DNA from: Eubacteriales bacterium
GTDB taxonomy: Bacteria; Bacillota; Clostridia; Oscillospirales; CAG-272
DNA: 64,000 nt
Direction of reading: 5' to 3'
NCBI GenBank assembly: GCA_045126855.1
Contig: JBGVPG010000019.1
Coordinates: forward strand, 5,061-69,060
The notes under the pieces were generated by a model that was given only the letters and a program-made list of their open reading frames with translations, ran no database searches and was not told where the DNA came from. Below are positions 38,357 to 49,067 of this stretch, piece by piece. The number at the start of each line of letters is the position of its first letter. Positions within the stretch are counted from its first letter, which is position 1. The position numbers were made by a program, and so were the translations under genes.

Positions 38357-39712
38357 ATGAATATAATTATCGTAGGCTGCGGAAAGGTTGGCGAGACCCT
38401 GGCTGCCGAGCTTAATCTCGGCGGAAATAACGTCACCATCATCGACAGAGATGCCGCCAAGGTTAAGTCTATTGCCAACAAGCTGGACATTATGGGTGTT
38501 ATCGGCAACGGAGCATCAAGAACCACGCAAAAGGAAGCAGGCATCGACGACGCAGATATGCTTATTGCGGTAACCGGCAACGACGAGCTTAACCTGCTCT
38601 GCTGCATCGTTGCGAAGAAGTCGGCAGGCTGCCGCACTATCGCAAGACTTAAAAATCCCGAATATTCCACCGACGCACCCTATATCAAAAACGAGCTTGG
38701 TCTGGCTATGGTTATCAATCCCGAGCTTGCCGCCGCAAAGGAGATCGCAAGAATTCTCAACTTCCCCTCTGCCATCAAGGTTGATATTTTCGCAAAGAGC
38801 CGAGTTGAGCTTCTTACCTTCAAGCTTCCCGAGGACAGCCGACTTGCAGGTATGTCTATCAAGGACGCATCAATGAAGCTTAAAACAGGCGTCACCTTCT
38901 GTACCATCGAACGTGGTGACGACGCATATATTGCAAACGGTAATTTCGTCTTTGAGGGCAAGGACGTTATCTCCATAATCGCCTCGCCGAAGCAGGCAAA
39001 GGACTTCTTCTCCAAGATCGACTACAAGATCCAGCCGATTAAAGACGCCCTTATCGTGGGCGGAAGTGCCATCAGCTATTATCTCATCAGTCTCCTTGAA
39101 AAGAGCGGCATCTCCTGCACGGTGATCGAGAAGGATGCTGCCCGTTGCAACGAGCTTGCAACCGAGTTTGAAAAGGCTACCATCATCAACGGCGACCCCT
39201 CCGACGAGGACACTCTCAAGGAGGAGGGCATTGGACGAGTTGCCTCCTTCGTGGCTCTGACGGGAATCGACGAGGAGAATATTATGCTCTCGCTCTTCGC
39301 CAAGAAGGCAGGCACGAGAAAGGTTATCACCAAGATAAACCGAATCGACTTTGACGACATCATCTCTCACCTTGACCTCGATTCCATCGTATATCCCAAG
39401 AACACCACCGCCGACATCATCGTCAGCTACGTGCGTGCTATGACCAACGCAGGCAGCTCCAGCATCGATACCCTCTACAACCTTAACCATGGCAAGGTCG
39501 AGGCTGCCGAGTTTACCGTTCTTGCAGGCTCGCCTATCGTGGGAATCCCTCTGATGAACCTGACTCTGAAGCCCGACGTGCTCGTTGCGGCGATCCAGCG
39601 TGGAAAGGCGCAGATAACACCCCGTGGTCAGGACGTTATCGAGCCCGGCGACTCGGTCGTTATCGTAACCAAGGATCTTGAACTGAACGACATTACCGAT
39701 ATTCTGAAGTAA
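38357..39712 (+). CDS. trkA: Trk K+ uptake NAD-binding subunit
   Basis: GCGKVG and two RCK-N/RCK-C modules. Confidence 0.95.
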   Translation: MNIIIVGCGKVGETLAAELNLGGNNVTIIDRDAAKVKSIANKLDIMGVIGNGASRTTQKEAGIDDADMLIAVTGNDELNLLCCIVAKKSAGCRTIARLKNPEYSTDAPYIKNELGLAMVINPELAAAKEIARILNFPSAIKVDIFAKSRVELLTFKLPEDSRLAGMSIKDASMKLKTGVTFCTIERGDDAYIANGNFVFEGKDVISIIASPKQAKDFFSKIDYKIQPIKDALIVGGSAISYYLISLLEKSGISCTVIEKDAARCNELATEFEKATIINGDPSDEDTLKEEGIGRVASFVALTGIDEENIMLSLFAKKAGTRKVITKINRIDFDDIISHLDLDSIVYPKNTTADIIVSYVRAMTNAGSSSIDTLYNLNHGKVEAAEFTVLAGSPIVGIPLMNLTLKPDVLVAAIQRGKAQITPRGQDVIEPGDSVVIVTKDLELNDITDILK

Positions 39713-39722
39713 GGAATTTAAA

Positions 39723-41162
39723 ATGAATTATCGAATGATAAAATACACACTGGGCTGGCTGGCTATGTTTGAGGCGGCGTTCTTCGTTCTGCCTATAATA
39801 ACCGCCATTTGCTACGGAGAGTGGAGTACCCTTCTGGCATTCGCCGCCGTGGCTGCCATCTGCCTTGTGATCGGCTTCCTTTGTAAAAGGAACAAACCCG
39901 AGAAAACCACGATCTACGCTCGTGAGGGCTTTGTGATCGTATCACTCTCCTGGATTTTGCTCTCGCTTTTCGGTGCTCTGCCCTTCATTTTTGCAGGCTG
40001 CACCACAAGCTTTGTCGACGCACTTTTCGAGGCGTCGTCGGGCTTTACCACAACGGGTGCAAGTATTTTCCCCGAGGTTGAGATCCTGCCAAGGTCAATT
40101 CTCATCTGGCGTAGCTTTACCCACTGGATAGGCGGTATGGGAGTGCTTGTGTTCATCATGGCATTTCTCCCTCTCGGCGGCGGACAAAATATGCATATCA
40201 TGCGTGCGGAGTCTCCCGGTCCCGAGGTTTCCAAGCTGGTTCCCAAGGTAAAGCAAACGGCTCTTATTCTCTACTCAATCTACTTCACCCTGACTGTCAT
40301 TCAGTTTATTATTATGCTGATCTCGGGCATGAACCTATTTGAGTCGCTGAACACCGCCCTTGCAACCGCAGGAACGGGTGGCTTCGGCTTCAGGAACGAT
40401 TCCTTTGCCTCGTTCAGCGCAGCGCAGCAGATTATCGTTACGGTGTTTATGCTGCTGTTCTCTATAAACTTCAACTCCTACTATCTGGTTCTCAGACTGA
40501 AGTTCAAGGACGCCCTGAACGCAGAGGTGCGTGCCTTTATTCTTATCGTAATCGCCGCAATCGGTATTATCACCGCTAATATTTATCAGCAATACGACAG
40601 CATTGGCGAGGCTATGCGCCACGCAGCATTCTCGGTTGCGTCCCTTATCTCCACCACAGGCTTCGCCACCGAGGACTTTGACCTCTGGCCATCTCTTTCA
40701 AAGACGATCCTTGTGCTTGTAATGTTCATCGGTGCTTGCGCAGGCAGTACGGGAGGCGGAATAAAGGTGTCGAGAATTCTCATAGCCTTCAAGGGATTTG
40801 TCCGTGAGACCTTCACCCTTATTAACCCTAAGCAGGTCAAGAAGATAACCATCGACAAGCGACCCGTTGACCGTGAGGTGGTTCGCTCGGTTAACGCATA
40901 TATTTCCTGCTACATTCTCGTCTTTGCGATTTCGCTGCTGCTCATCACCCTGGACAACCGTGATATGATTACCAACTTCACCGCTATTGCTGCAACCATA
41001 AACAACATCGGTCCCGGTCTTGCAGGCGTTGGTCCGACGTCAAACTACGCAGCCTTCTCGGTGTTCTCAAAGCTTGTTTTGACCTTTGATATGATCGCAG
41101 GTCGTCTTGAGCTCTTCCCGATGCTTATTCTCTTCAGCCCTGCAACCTGGAAAAACAGATAA
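39723..41162 (+). CDS. trkH: TrkH family K+ uptake membrane protein
   Basis: SGFTTTGAS, STTGF, GACAGSTGGGIK, GRLE. Confidence 0.95.
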   Translation: MNYRMIKYTLGWLAMFEAAFFVLPIITAICYGEWSTLLAFAAVAAICLVIGFLCKRNKPEKTTIYAREGFVIVSLSWILLSLFGALPFIFAGCTTSFVDALFEASSGFTTTGASIFPEVEILPRSILIWRSFTHWIGGMGVLVFIMAFLPLGGGQNMHIMRAESPGPEVSKLVPKVKQTALILYSIYFTLTVIQFIIMLISGMNLFESLNTALATAGTGGFGFRNDSFASFSAAQQIIVTVFMLLFSINFNSYYLVLRLKFKDALNAEVRAFILIVIAAIGIITANIYQQYDSIGEAMRHAAFSVASLISTTGFATEDFDLWPSLSKTILVLVMFIGACAGSTGGGIKVSRILIAFKGFVRETFTLINPKQVKKITIDKRPVDREVVRSVNAYISCYILVFAISLLLITLDNRDMITNFTAIAATINNIGPGLAGVGPTSNYAAFSVFSKLVLTFDMIAGRLELFPMLILFSPATWKNR

Positions 41163-41163
41163 T

Positions 41164-42096
41164 ATGAAAAAAAGACAGGCGTATCTACTTTTCCTCATCG
41201 CCACCATAATTTGGGGCTTCGCCTTCGTTGCACAGAAGGCGGCGGTGGTTCTCCCACCCTTTACGGTGTGCGCCCTACGGGCAGGAATTGCGGCTATATT
41301 CATTTTTGCCCTCATTCCCTTCACCGACAAATTTACAGGTACGGGAAGGAAATTTCTCAGTAAAAAGGGCATCGACCTGACGAAGCGGGAGCTTATTTGC
41401 GGATCTGTTTTAGGCGTGATTCTCACGGCTTCCAGCGTTCTGCAGCAGGCAGGTCTTACAGACACCGATGCAGGCAAGGCAGCCTTTATAACCACACTTT
41501 ACGTGCTTTTCGTTCCGATAATTTCCGCTGTCCTTGGTAAGAAGCCCACCGTAAGCGTTTTTATTGGAGTGCCCGTAGCAATTTTCGGCTTCTATATGCT
41601 TTGCATCAAGCCGGGAATAGGAATTTCGGGTGGCGACCTTCTGGTGCTTACCTGCGGCATCGTTTTCGCATTCCACATCATTTGCGTTGACAAATTCACG
41701 GAACGCTGCGAGGGCGTTCGCCTTTCGCTTATACAATTTGCCGTGTCCTTCCTTTTGAACTGTATAATCGGCATTTTTGCCGAGGGTCTACCGAGTCCCA
41801 CGGTTCTTCTCTCGGTTTTGCCGGCCCTGCTTTTCCTTGGCATTGGCTCAAGCGGAATTGCATACACCCTTCAGATCATAGGGCAAAAATATGCCGACCC
41901 AAGCGTTACGTCGCTTATTCTGTCCCTGGAGGCGGTCTTTGCCACCGTTGGCGGAACGCTGGTGCTTGGAGAAACTATGAATAGGCGGGAAATCCTTGGT
42001 TGTGCTATGGTGCTGATTGCAGTTATCGTCGCTCAGACCGAGCCCGATTTCATTGCAAAACTCTTTAAAAAGAGCAAGAATGCAAACAAGACTTGA
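41164..42096 (+). CDS. DMT/EamA family transporter
   Basis: IWGFAFVAQ, AYTLQIIGQK, LSLEAVFA. Confidence 0.9.
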   Translation: MKKRQAYLLFLIATIIWGFAFVAQKAAVVLPPFTVCALRAGIAAIFIFALIPFTDKFTGTGRKFLSKKGIDLTKRELICGSVLGVILTASSVLQQAGLTDTDAGKAAFITTLYVLFVPIISAVLGKKPTVSVFIGVPVAIFGFYMLCIKPGIGISGGDLLVLTCGIVFAFHIICVDKFTERCEGVRLSLIQFAVSFLLNCIIGIFAEGLPSPTVLLSVLPALLFLGIGSSGIAYTLQIIGQKYADPSVTSLILSLEAVFATVGGTLVLGETMNRREILGCAMVLIAVIVAQTEPDFIAKLFKKSKNANKT

Positions 42097-42112
42097 CAAA
42101 AAGAGGTAAATA

Positions 42113-42652
42113 ATGAGCAATCTTGAAGAAAAACAAATCTGCCGTGAGGAGATTTTTCACGGTGTTGCGCTCCACGTGGTTAAGGACGAGGTCCTGCTCC
42201 CCAACGGAAACAAAAGCGTCCGTGAGATAAGCCTGCACGTGGGAGCGTCGGCGGTTATTCCAATACTCGGCGACGGCAGAGTGATAATGGAGAGGCAGTA
42301 CCGCTACGCCCACCACAGAGTTATGCTCGAAATCCCTGCAGGCAAGCTTAACGGTCCCGACGAGGACCCCCTCATAGCCGCCCAGCGTGAGCTCCGTGAG
42401 GAGACGGGTGCTGCCGCAGGTAAATATACCTACCTTGGCAGTATCGCCACAGCCCCTGCTCTTATCGACGAGGTGATCCACCTTTATATGGCGGAGGATA
42501 TCAGCTTTGGTGAAAGAGAGCTTGACCCCGACGAATTCCTCGACGTAGAGTATATCCACATCGACAAGCTATACGAAATGGTAATGAAGGGCGAAATTGC
42601 CGATGCCAAGACCCAGATTGCAGTTCTTAAAGCAAGAGAATTGCTTAAATAA
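42113..42652 (+). CDS. nudF: NUDIX hydrolase (ADP-ribose pyrophosphatase-like)
   Basis: EIPAGK...AAQRELREETG Nudix box; QYRY, DPDEFL, DAKT. Confidence 0.85.
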   Translation: MSNLEEKQICREEIFHGVALHVVKDEVLLPNGNKSVREISLHVGASAVIPILGDGRVIMERQYRYAHHRVMLEIPAGKLNGPDEDPLIAAQRELREETGAAAGKYTYLGSIATAPALIDEVIHLYMAEDISFGERELDPDEFLDVEYIHIDKLYEMVMKGEIADAKTQIAVLKARELLK

Positions 42653-42669
42653 ACGCTTTTTATTTTCTC

Positions 42670-42713
42670 AAAAAAATAACGGAGAGGCACCAATTAAGGT
42701 ACCTCTCCTTTTT
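42670..42713. terminator. Bidirectional terminator
   Basis: ggagaggcacc-aattaa-ggtacctctcc with T and A tails. Confidence 0.7.
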
Positions 42714-42742
42714 GTTCGGTCTCACCAAACGTGACAGACCGT

Positions 42743-44311
42743 TTATCTTTTAGATTTTATTTCGTCCTTATGAAGATACATATTGTGGTCTGCACGGGTG
42801 AAGATATCCTCATACTTGGTGTCTACTCCGGGATTATAAACCGAGACACCGCGAGCCACAGATACGGGGATCCTGTCGCCGTTTGCTTCCACGTGGACCT
42901 TGCTGCAGGCATCGTCAAGTACGGTAACAAGTGCGTTTCTGTTATCCAGATCTCCATCCTCAAGGAGAACGACAAACTCATCTCCTCCAATACGGAAGAC
43001 GGGACTATGCTTAAATACGGTACAGATAATTTTGGTTGCCTTAATGATAAGCTGGTTACCGACGTCGTGGCCGTAACGGTCGTTAGTGTCCTTCAGCATA
43101 TTTATATCGCAAACAAGAACACCGAACTGACTGATATCGCCAAGACGCATTCTGCGCTCTATATCCACAACGGTCTCATTGTAGGCGGTAGAATTTTTCA
43201 CGCCTGTCAGTGCGTCACGATACGCCAGATTGTTGATGTAGGTCATATAATTGTTGATCTTATCGGAGGTCCTCTTCAGCGCATTGTTCAGCGCACCGAT
43301 CTCGGAATCAACGTCCTCCTCCATAACAAACTCGTACCCACCGTCGGCAAGATGCTCGGCTGCCTCGGTAAGATGCTTCAGGGGCTGAACGATCCTTATA
43401 GTAATAGCGTAGGTGATAAGAATAAAGATAAGAACGATAAAGAGTGCAATAAGCACCATAACGATAAGCAGGCGGTAGGAATCCTGCTGAATGTCGTTGT
43501 AATCAACGTGAACGATAAGACTCATTCCGTTAACGAGATCACGACTTACCTCGGCATGTCCGTGATTGGTATCGAGCTTGTTCATGGTATGCTCGTTCGC
43601 AGGGGTAAACACAACGTCCTCACCGTGGGCAAGATAAGCAAATCCGTAGTCGTGAACGGAAATTTCCGCAACCATGTCGGTGATGAATGCGAAATCAATA
43701 TCAACACCAACGACTCCGAGCAGCGTGCGGTCCACGTAAAAAGGAATAACGTAGGAGATGATCTCAACCTTGTTGCTTTCATTAAAATAAGGATCGATCC
43801 AGGTTGCCGCTCCGTTTTTTACAGGCTGAGCGTACCAGCCCGAAACGTTTACGGGCTCATTCTCCCAGTCGGAAAGATCGTATGGCTCATATTCATAGAA
43901 GGGAGAATCATATCCGCTGGAGCCGATAAAGAAGCCCGACGTAGGAGTGGTAAGCTCGGGAGCAAAGCGAAGGTAATAACCGACGACGCCCGGGGAGTTT
44001 GCTGCAATATTTTCAAGATTCGCCTTCATATCCGAAATAATATTATCTCGGAACTCGGCGTCAAGGATATCGTCCTTGCTATTAATGGAGGATAAAACGT
44101 AGCTCTCCATCGTTTTTGCAGAAACGACCACGCTCTCAAGCATATCGTTGATAGCGACCTCACCTGCCTCTGCAACCGAGTCGGTAATTATATCCGAGTC
44201 GTCATTCATCGTCTTGGTTATGTATATTGCACTGATAGTACCGACGGCAAGGGCAACAAGCACCATGCCCGATATGACAACCGTCAGAAATTTTATTCTA
44301 ATGGACTTCAT
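42743..44311 (-). CDS. Diguanylate cyclase (TM-Cache-TM-HAMP-GGDEF)
   Basis: WIDPYF Cache motif, HAMP, RDALTG, intact RIGGDEF. Confidence 0.92.
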   Translation of the reverse strand: MKSIRIKFLTVVISGMVLVALAVGTISAIYITKTMNDDSDIITDSVAEAGEVAINDMLESVVVSAKTMESYVLSSINSKDDILDAEFRDNIISDMKANLENIAANSPGVVGYYLRFAPELTTPTSGFFIGSSGYDSPFYEYEPYDLSDWENEPVNVSGWYAQPVKNGAATWIDPYFNESNKVEIISYVIPFYVDRTLLGVVGVDIDFAFITDMVAEISVHDYGFAYLAHGEDVVFTPANEHTMNKLDTNHGHAEVSRDLVNGMSLIVHVDYNDIQQDSYRLLIVMVLIALFIVLIFILITYAITIRIVQPLKHLTEAAEHLADGGYEFVMEEDVDSEIGALNNALKRTSDKINNYMTYINNLAYRDALTGVKNSTAYNETVVDIERRMRLGDISQFGVLVCDINMLKDTNDRYGHDVGNQLIIKATKIICTVFKHSPVFRIGGDEFVVLLEDGDLDNRNALVTVLDDACSKVHVEANGDRIPVSVARGVSVYNPGVDTKYEDIFTRADHNMYLHKDEIKSKR

Positions 44312-44458
44312 TTTTCCTCCTTTAAACAGCGGTTTTTCCCACTTTAAAATGGCTATTTGATATATTGTAGCATATTTTTCGCACATTTTCAAGTGTTTTG
44401 GCCTTCTATGGCACTTTTTGGCAGTGTTGCACAAAAATCACTTTTTTTCCGACTTAGA

Positions 44459-44487
44459 TTGACAAAGGATATTTTTGGTTGTATAAT
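44459..44487 (+). promoter_or_regulatory. Sigma-A promoter for the membrane EAL gene
   Basis: TTGACA-17 nt-TATAAT. Confidence 0.75.
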
Positions 44488-44529
44488 TATCTTAGTATGC
44501 TAATTTTTTTAGAAAGAGGAATATAGCCA

Positions 44530-46440
44530 ATGGAAATACTAGGCAATGTTTTTTCCCTTTGTATATTAGTTACAATTGGCGTAGTTTACTTCCAAAGCAA
44601 ATATTATTTCACCCGTGCAAGCAAGCATTTTGCCCTTGCTCTCATACTCAGCGCATCATATTGTCTAGTGTCAATCGCTATACACGAGAGCACCTGGTTC
44701 CCAAGCTTCAATCCTATATTGATGCACGTTCTGGGATTTCTTGAAGCCTTGCTTATCGCGGCATCCACCACGGTTACTGCCCTTTACGTCGTGTTGAAGC
44801 TCACCGAGCACACTCAGGGCTGCAACTGCTTTGAGCGAGCGCAGAAGGTGTTCCTCTCCTTCTTCACCGTGTACTTTACCCTTCTGGTTTCCAACATACC
44901 CGTTGGCTGGATATTCAGCGTTGACGCAAACGGAAGATACATACCCGGACCTCTTGCAAACCTGGAATATTACCTCATATCCCTGCAGATATTAATGGTT
45001 GTTTACTGTGCGATCATAAACCGCAAAACGGTCAGTAAGAGCGCACGGCTTGCCTCCTGGCAGTCGCTGTTCACCGCCATTCTGTGTATTGCTCTGAGAT
45101 ACATGTTCCCCGATACAGGATTTCTTGCTGCAGCACTCGCCATGCTGCTTGCGGTGTTCTTCCTCAACTTCCAGAGCCACCGTATCGGCGTTAACACCCT
45201 TACGATGCTGAACGACAAGCGCCGTTTCTTCGTTGAGCTTGAAGAGCGAATAAAGCTCAAAAACAAATTTAACGTATTTCTCTGCAGAATAGAAAACTAT
45301 GAAGTAATCAACAGTCTTTACGGTCACAGCGTTGGTGACGAGGTCCTTTACCTCTTTGCCTTCGGCCTTGAAAAGCTGTTCCCCGAGGGTGTTGCATTCC
45401 ATATTCATTCCACCACCTTTGCAATCGTTGTTCCCGATAACAACAAGGAAGAACGGTATGAAAAGAAGTTCCTTCATTACGCAAGCACGCCAATCGATTA
45501 CCAGGGTATTGCGATCAAGCTCAAATACTGTATGGTAAGCCGTACCTGCGACGGTGAAGTGGACCCCGTGACCTTCTACGAGCAGATGACCTTTGCTCTG
45601 CATCAGATTCAGGGCAGCGACAAAAAGTATATTGAATATACTCCCGAGCTCTCCTCGGCAATGTTCAGAGAAAAGCATATTATCTCGAAGATTGAAAAGG
45701 TTGACCGTGACCACGGCTTTGAGGTTTGGTTCCAGCCTATTTACAGTACAAAAAAGAAATGCTTCTCTTCTATGGAAGCCTTGATCAGACTTCGTGAATC
45801 CGACGGCGGTTTTATCAGCCCCGGTGAATTTATTCCCATCGCCGAAAAGACAGGTCTTATTACTCCGATTACCAAATTCGTGCTTCACGAGTCCTGCCGT
45901 GCCCTACGTGACAACCCCTGGCTCGGCAACATCCGTGCATCCATCAACCTCTCTATATCAAACCTCGTGGACGAGAGATTCGTCGACAATATCAACCAGA
46001 TCGTAGACAGCTACGGTATTCCTCATAACCGCATCAGCTTTGAATTTACCGAGCGAGTTTTGATCGAGCATCTTGACGAGGCAAAGAAAAATATGCAGAG
46101 GCTGACCGAGAGCGGATACACCTTCTACCTTGACGATTTCGGAGTTGGATATTCCAACTTTAATTGCGTATTGCAGCTTCCCCTCCGTACTGTCAAGCTT
46201 GATATGAGCCTTACGTCGTCATCCGCTATGGAAAATGACGATTACGGACTCGTAGGAATACTTACCGACCTGTTCCACAACATGGGTCTCAAAGTAGTTG
46301 CCGAGGGTGCCGAAACCGACGAGCAGGTGGAAACGCTTATTAAATACGGTGTCGACGGCATTCAGGGCTATTACTTTGCAAAGCCTATGTCTATTAATCG
46401 GCTGCGCGACTTCCTTTCAAAGCAAAAGAGTGAATCCTAA
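44530..46440 (+). CDS. Membrane c-di-GMP phosphodiesterase (multi-TM, degenerate GGDEF, EAL)
   Basis: GGDEF site reads HSTTF; intact EALIR, DDFGVGYS, AEGAET, QGYY. Confidence 0.9.
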   Translation: MEILGNVFSLCILVTIGVVYFQSKYYFTRASKHFALALILSASYCLVSIAIHESTWFPSFNPILMHVLGFLEALLIAASTTVTALYVVLKLTEHTQGCNCFERAQKVFLSFFTVYFTLLVSNIPVGWIFSVDANGRYIPGPLANLEYYLISLQILMVVYCAIINRKTVSKSARLASWQSLFTAILCIALRYMFPDTGFLAAALAMLLAVFFLNFQSHRIGVNTLTMLNDKRRFFVELEERIKLKNKFNVFLCRIENYEVINSLYGHSVGDEVLYLFAFGLEKLFPEGVAFHIHSTTFAIVVPDNNKEERYEKKFLHYASTPIDYQGIAIKLKYCMVSRTCDGEVDPVTFYEQMTFALHQIQGSDKKYIEYTPELSSAMFREKHIISKIEKVDRDHGFEVWFQPIYSTKKKCFSSMEALIRLRESDGGFISPGEFIPIAEKTGLITPITKFVLHESCRALRDNPWLGNIRASINLSISNLVDERFVDNINQIVDSYGIPHNRISFEFTERVLIEHLDEAKKNMQRLTESGYTFYLDDFGVGYSNFNCVLQLPLRTVKLDMSLTSSSAMENDDYGLVGILTDLFHNMGLKVVAEGAETDEQVETLIKYGVDGIQGYYFAKPMSINRLRDFLSKQKSES

Positions 46441-46475
46441 GGGGTACCTACCGTAAAGCAGTTTTTCATCAATAT

Positions 46476-46506
46476 CAAAAGGGACGAGATTTTCTCGTCC
46501 CTTTTG
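46476..46506. terminator. Bidirectional terminator
   Basis: caaaagggacgaga-ttt-tctcgtcccttttg. Confidence 0.8.
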
Positions 46507-46569
46507 CACACTACTTTGCCATGCAAGGTATAGTGTGTTATACTGTATTTTACTTTCGGGTGGTAAATA

Positions 46570-46773
46570 AGTGATGTTTTTGCTTACGCAAAAGTGATGT
46601 TACTCGCTTCGCTCATAATGATGTTGCTCCCAATGGTCGCAATGATGTGATGTTTGCCAACTGTGCCGAAGGCACAGCATCATTGCCGAAGGCTACATCA
46701 CAAGGCGGAGCCGACATCACTTGCCCGCAGGGGCAAACATCGTTCGGCTGACCTGCTTTATCGCAGGTCGCCG
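46570..46773. repeat. Ladder element 2: (G/A)TGATGTT x4-5 then ACATCA(C/T) x4 with mini-hairpin spacers
   Basis: Spacers ttttgc-ttac-gcaaaa, ctgtgcc-gaa-ggcacag, gcc-gaa-ggc, ttgccc-gcag-gggcaa. Confidence 0.8.
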
Positions 46774-46790
46774 TAAGATTCACTCTTTTT

Positions 46791-49067
46791 TTATTTAACC
46801 TTTGATTTGTATTTAATCGAGGTATTGGAGTTCACGAAGATCTTAAACTCCTCAAGGCTGATTGCCTTGGCATAGTAGTAACCCTGTACCACGTCAACGC
46901 CCATGGAAACGACCTTGTTGAACATATTTTCCGTCTCAACGCCCTCCTGAACGACCACCATATTCATGGATTTTGCAAGGTCGATCATTGTGGAAAGGAT
47001 CTTGTCGTCACGCTGAACGTTTCCGCTGGGAGCGGCGAATACTGCGTCAAGCTTCAGCTCGTCAACGTGAATACGCTTCAGAATATTGAAGGACGAATAT
47101 CCCGAGCCAAAGTCGTCTATGGAGCAGCGAATACCGTTCTTATGAAGCTCCTCAATAACGTGGGCTATCTTATCGTAGTCCTCCATTGCAAAGCTCTCGG
47201 TAAACTCGATGGTAATGAAGCCGTCGGGAATACGGTATTTCTTCTTGTTGCCGATATAGAAATTAAGGAAATCCTCGTTACCTGCAGTTACACGAGAGAC
47301 GTTGACCGCAACGGGAACAACCTTATCTCCATGCTCGGCAGCCTTGCTGATGAACTCAAGGACCTCTGTATATACGAAATGGTCAAGCTTCCTAATGAAG
47401 CCGTTAGTCTCAAAGAGGGGAATGAACTCGCCGGGGAACATATACTCGCCACGGGTGGGATCAAACCAACGCACGAGAGCCTCGACGCTGTCGATCTTAT
47501 CCGCACTGACGTTATACTTGGGCTGGACAAACACTCTGAAATCACGGTTATCAAGTGCGTTCTCCATCATCAGCTCAATACGCTCGTTACGTGCGATATC
47601 CTGGCTGATCTCCTCGGTGTAAACCGAGAAGAGCTGACCCGACTTGTCCGAATTATGCTCTGCGGCGGTGGAGGCACACTCTATCATCTGATAAACCGTT
47701 CTGTTACGGTTTTCAAATATATTGTAAACACCCACGTCAAAGGCAAGCTTGATCTTGCGGCTGAGAAGTATATCGTTTCTTCTCGAAACCCTTTCCACAA
47801 GATAAATTCTATCCCTTACCGAATGAGGGGAAACGTTGTTGATCAGCATAGCAAAGCTGCCGTCACCAAGGAAGCCGTAGCACTCGTCATCGGAGAGGAG
47901 GCTGGCAAACAGTTTGGCAATGAATGAGAGAAGCTCTATGCTCTTATCCTCGCCAATCTCCTCGTTTATGTAGAGATAATTATGGATAGAAAATACCACT
48001 ATAGAGTATTTCTGTCTGGTATTAACCAACTTCTGCTGTACACGTCTGCGGAAGCTTTCACCGTTAGGACAGTCAAGCATCGCATCGGTAAGCGTTGCAG
48101 CCGCAATAGCCTCCTGTGACTTCTTACGGTACAAAAGCGCAAACGCCGAGCCGACAACCAAGGCAATAATAGCCACGAGAAGAAGGCTTACGATATGTCT
48201 TACGTAGGTAAGCTCGGGAGCTATCAAGCCGTCGGAGGGGCTGATGCAAACAAGCCAAAGGTGATCACCGAACTTGTGTATAGGTGAATATGTAATGGTA
48301 TAATTTACAGCGCCAAATCCGAAGGTATAAGCACCGGGCTCTCCGAGAAGAATAGCATCCGCCAGAGCGTTGGCATCGTTTTTGTTACCCGTAACAAGAT
48401 CGATATAATCAAAAATATTGTTACCCGTAGTAATAGTCTCGTCTTCATCGGTAGCATCGGCATAAATACGTCCGCTTGGGTCGATGAGAGCGAGAACGTC
48501 GGCATTTTCCTGTAAAACACCGTCAAGGCTGATAAGATTTCTGGCAGGAACTATGGAGAGCACGCCGTCAACGTATATTGATCCTCTAACGGGAACGAAA
48601 AAGGCGATACAGCTCATTTTCACATAGTGATCCTCGTAAACGTCGGTACAACCCTCGGTCTTTGACTGAGAGAGTGCCCTGATCTGCTCATCGGCGTGCA
48701 TTTCCTGAGTGATCTCTGCGCCGAAAACAGAATAGGATTTTCCCTGAGAATAGTATCTGAGGTCGCCAAATTGCTCCGAGCCGACGTAGCTTGACATAAT
48801 ATCGTTGACCTCGGAACGGCTGGCAGCATACTGAAGTTTGTCTGCCAGGGCGTACAGATTTTCGTAATGCTCGTCTGCAAGGTCGTTGACCTTAGTAATA
48901 TCGTTACCGAAGCTGGACATAGCATTCTGCTCTGCCGAATCACTGAAATATTCTCTGGAGCTAAACAGAACGGTTATAAGATAAACCAAAAGAACCACAA
49001 TGGCAATGATCAGCGCGGCAATATAAAAATTGGACAGTAGCTTTTTAATCTTGCTGTTCTTTTCCAC
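46791..49067 (-). CDS. Sensor (Cache-like)-degenerate GGDEF-EAL phosphodiesterase
   Basis: Two TMs flank an extracellular domain; GGDEF site reads GDGSF; intact EALVRW, DDFGSGYSS, QEGVET, QGYY. Confidence 0.9.
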   Translation of the reverse strand: MEKNSKIKKLLSNFYIAALIIAIVVLLVYLITVLFSSREYFSDSAEQNAMSSFGNDITKVNDLADEHYENLYALADKLQYAASRSEVNDIMSSYVGSEQFGDLRYYSQGKSYSVFGAEITQEMHADEQIRALSQSKTEGCTDVYEDHYVKMSCIAFFVPVRGSIYVDGVLSIVPARNLISLDGVLQENADVLALIDPSGRIYADATDEDETITTGNNIFDYIDLVTGNKNDANALADAILLGEPGAYTFGFGAVNYTITYSPIHKFGDHLWLVCISPSDGLIAPELTYVRHIVSLLLVAIIALVVGSAFALLYRKKSQEAIAAATLTDAMLDCPNGESFRRRVQQKLVNTRQKYSIVVFSIHNYLYINEEIGEDKSIELLSFIAKLFASLLSDDECYGFLGDGSFAMLINNVSPHSVRDRIYLVERVSRRNDILLSRKIKLAFDVGVYNIFENRNRTVYQMIECASTAAEHNSDKSGQLFSVYTEEISQDIARNERIELMMENALDNRDFRVFVQPKYNVSADKIDSVEALVRWFDPTRGEYMFPGEFIPLFETNGFIRKLDHFVYTEVLEFISKAAEHGDKVVPVAVNVSRVTAGNEDFLNFYIGNKKKYRIPDGFITIEFTESFAMEDYDKIAHVIEELHKNGIRCSIDDFGSGYSSFNILKRIHVDELKLDAVFAAPSGNVQRDDKILSTMIDLAKSMNMVVVQEGVETENMFNKVVSMGVDVVQGYYYAKAISLEEFKIFVNSNTSIKYKSKVK

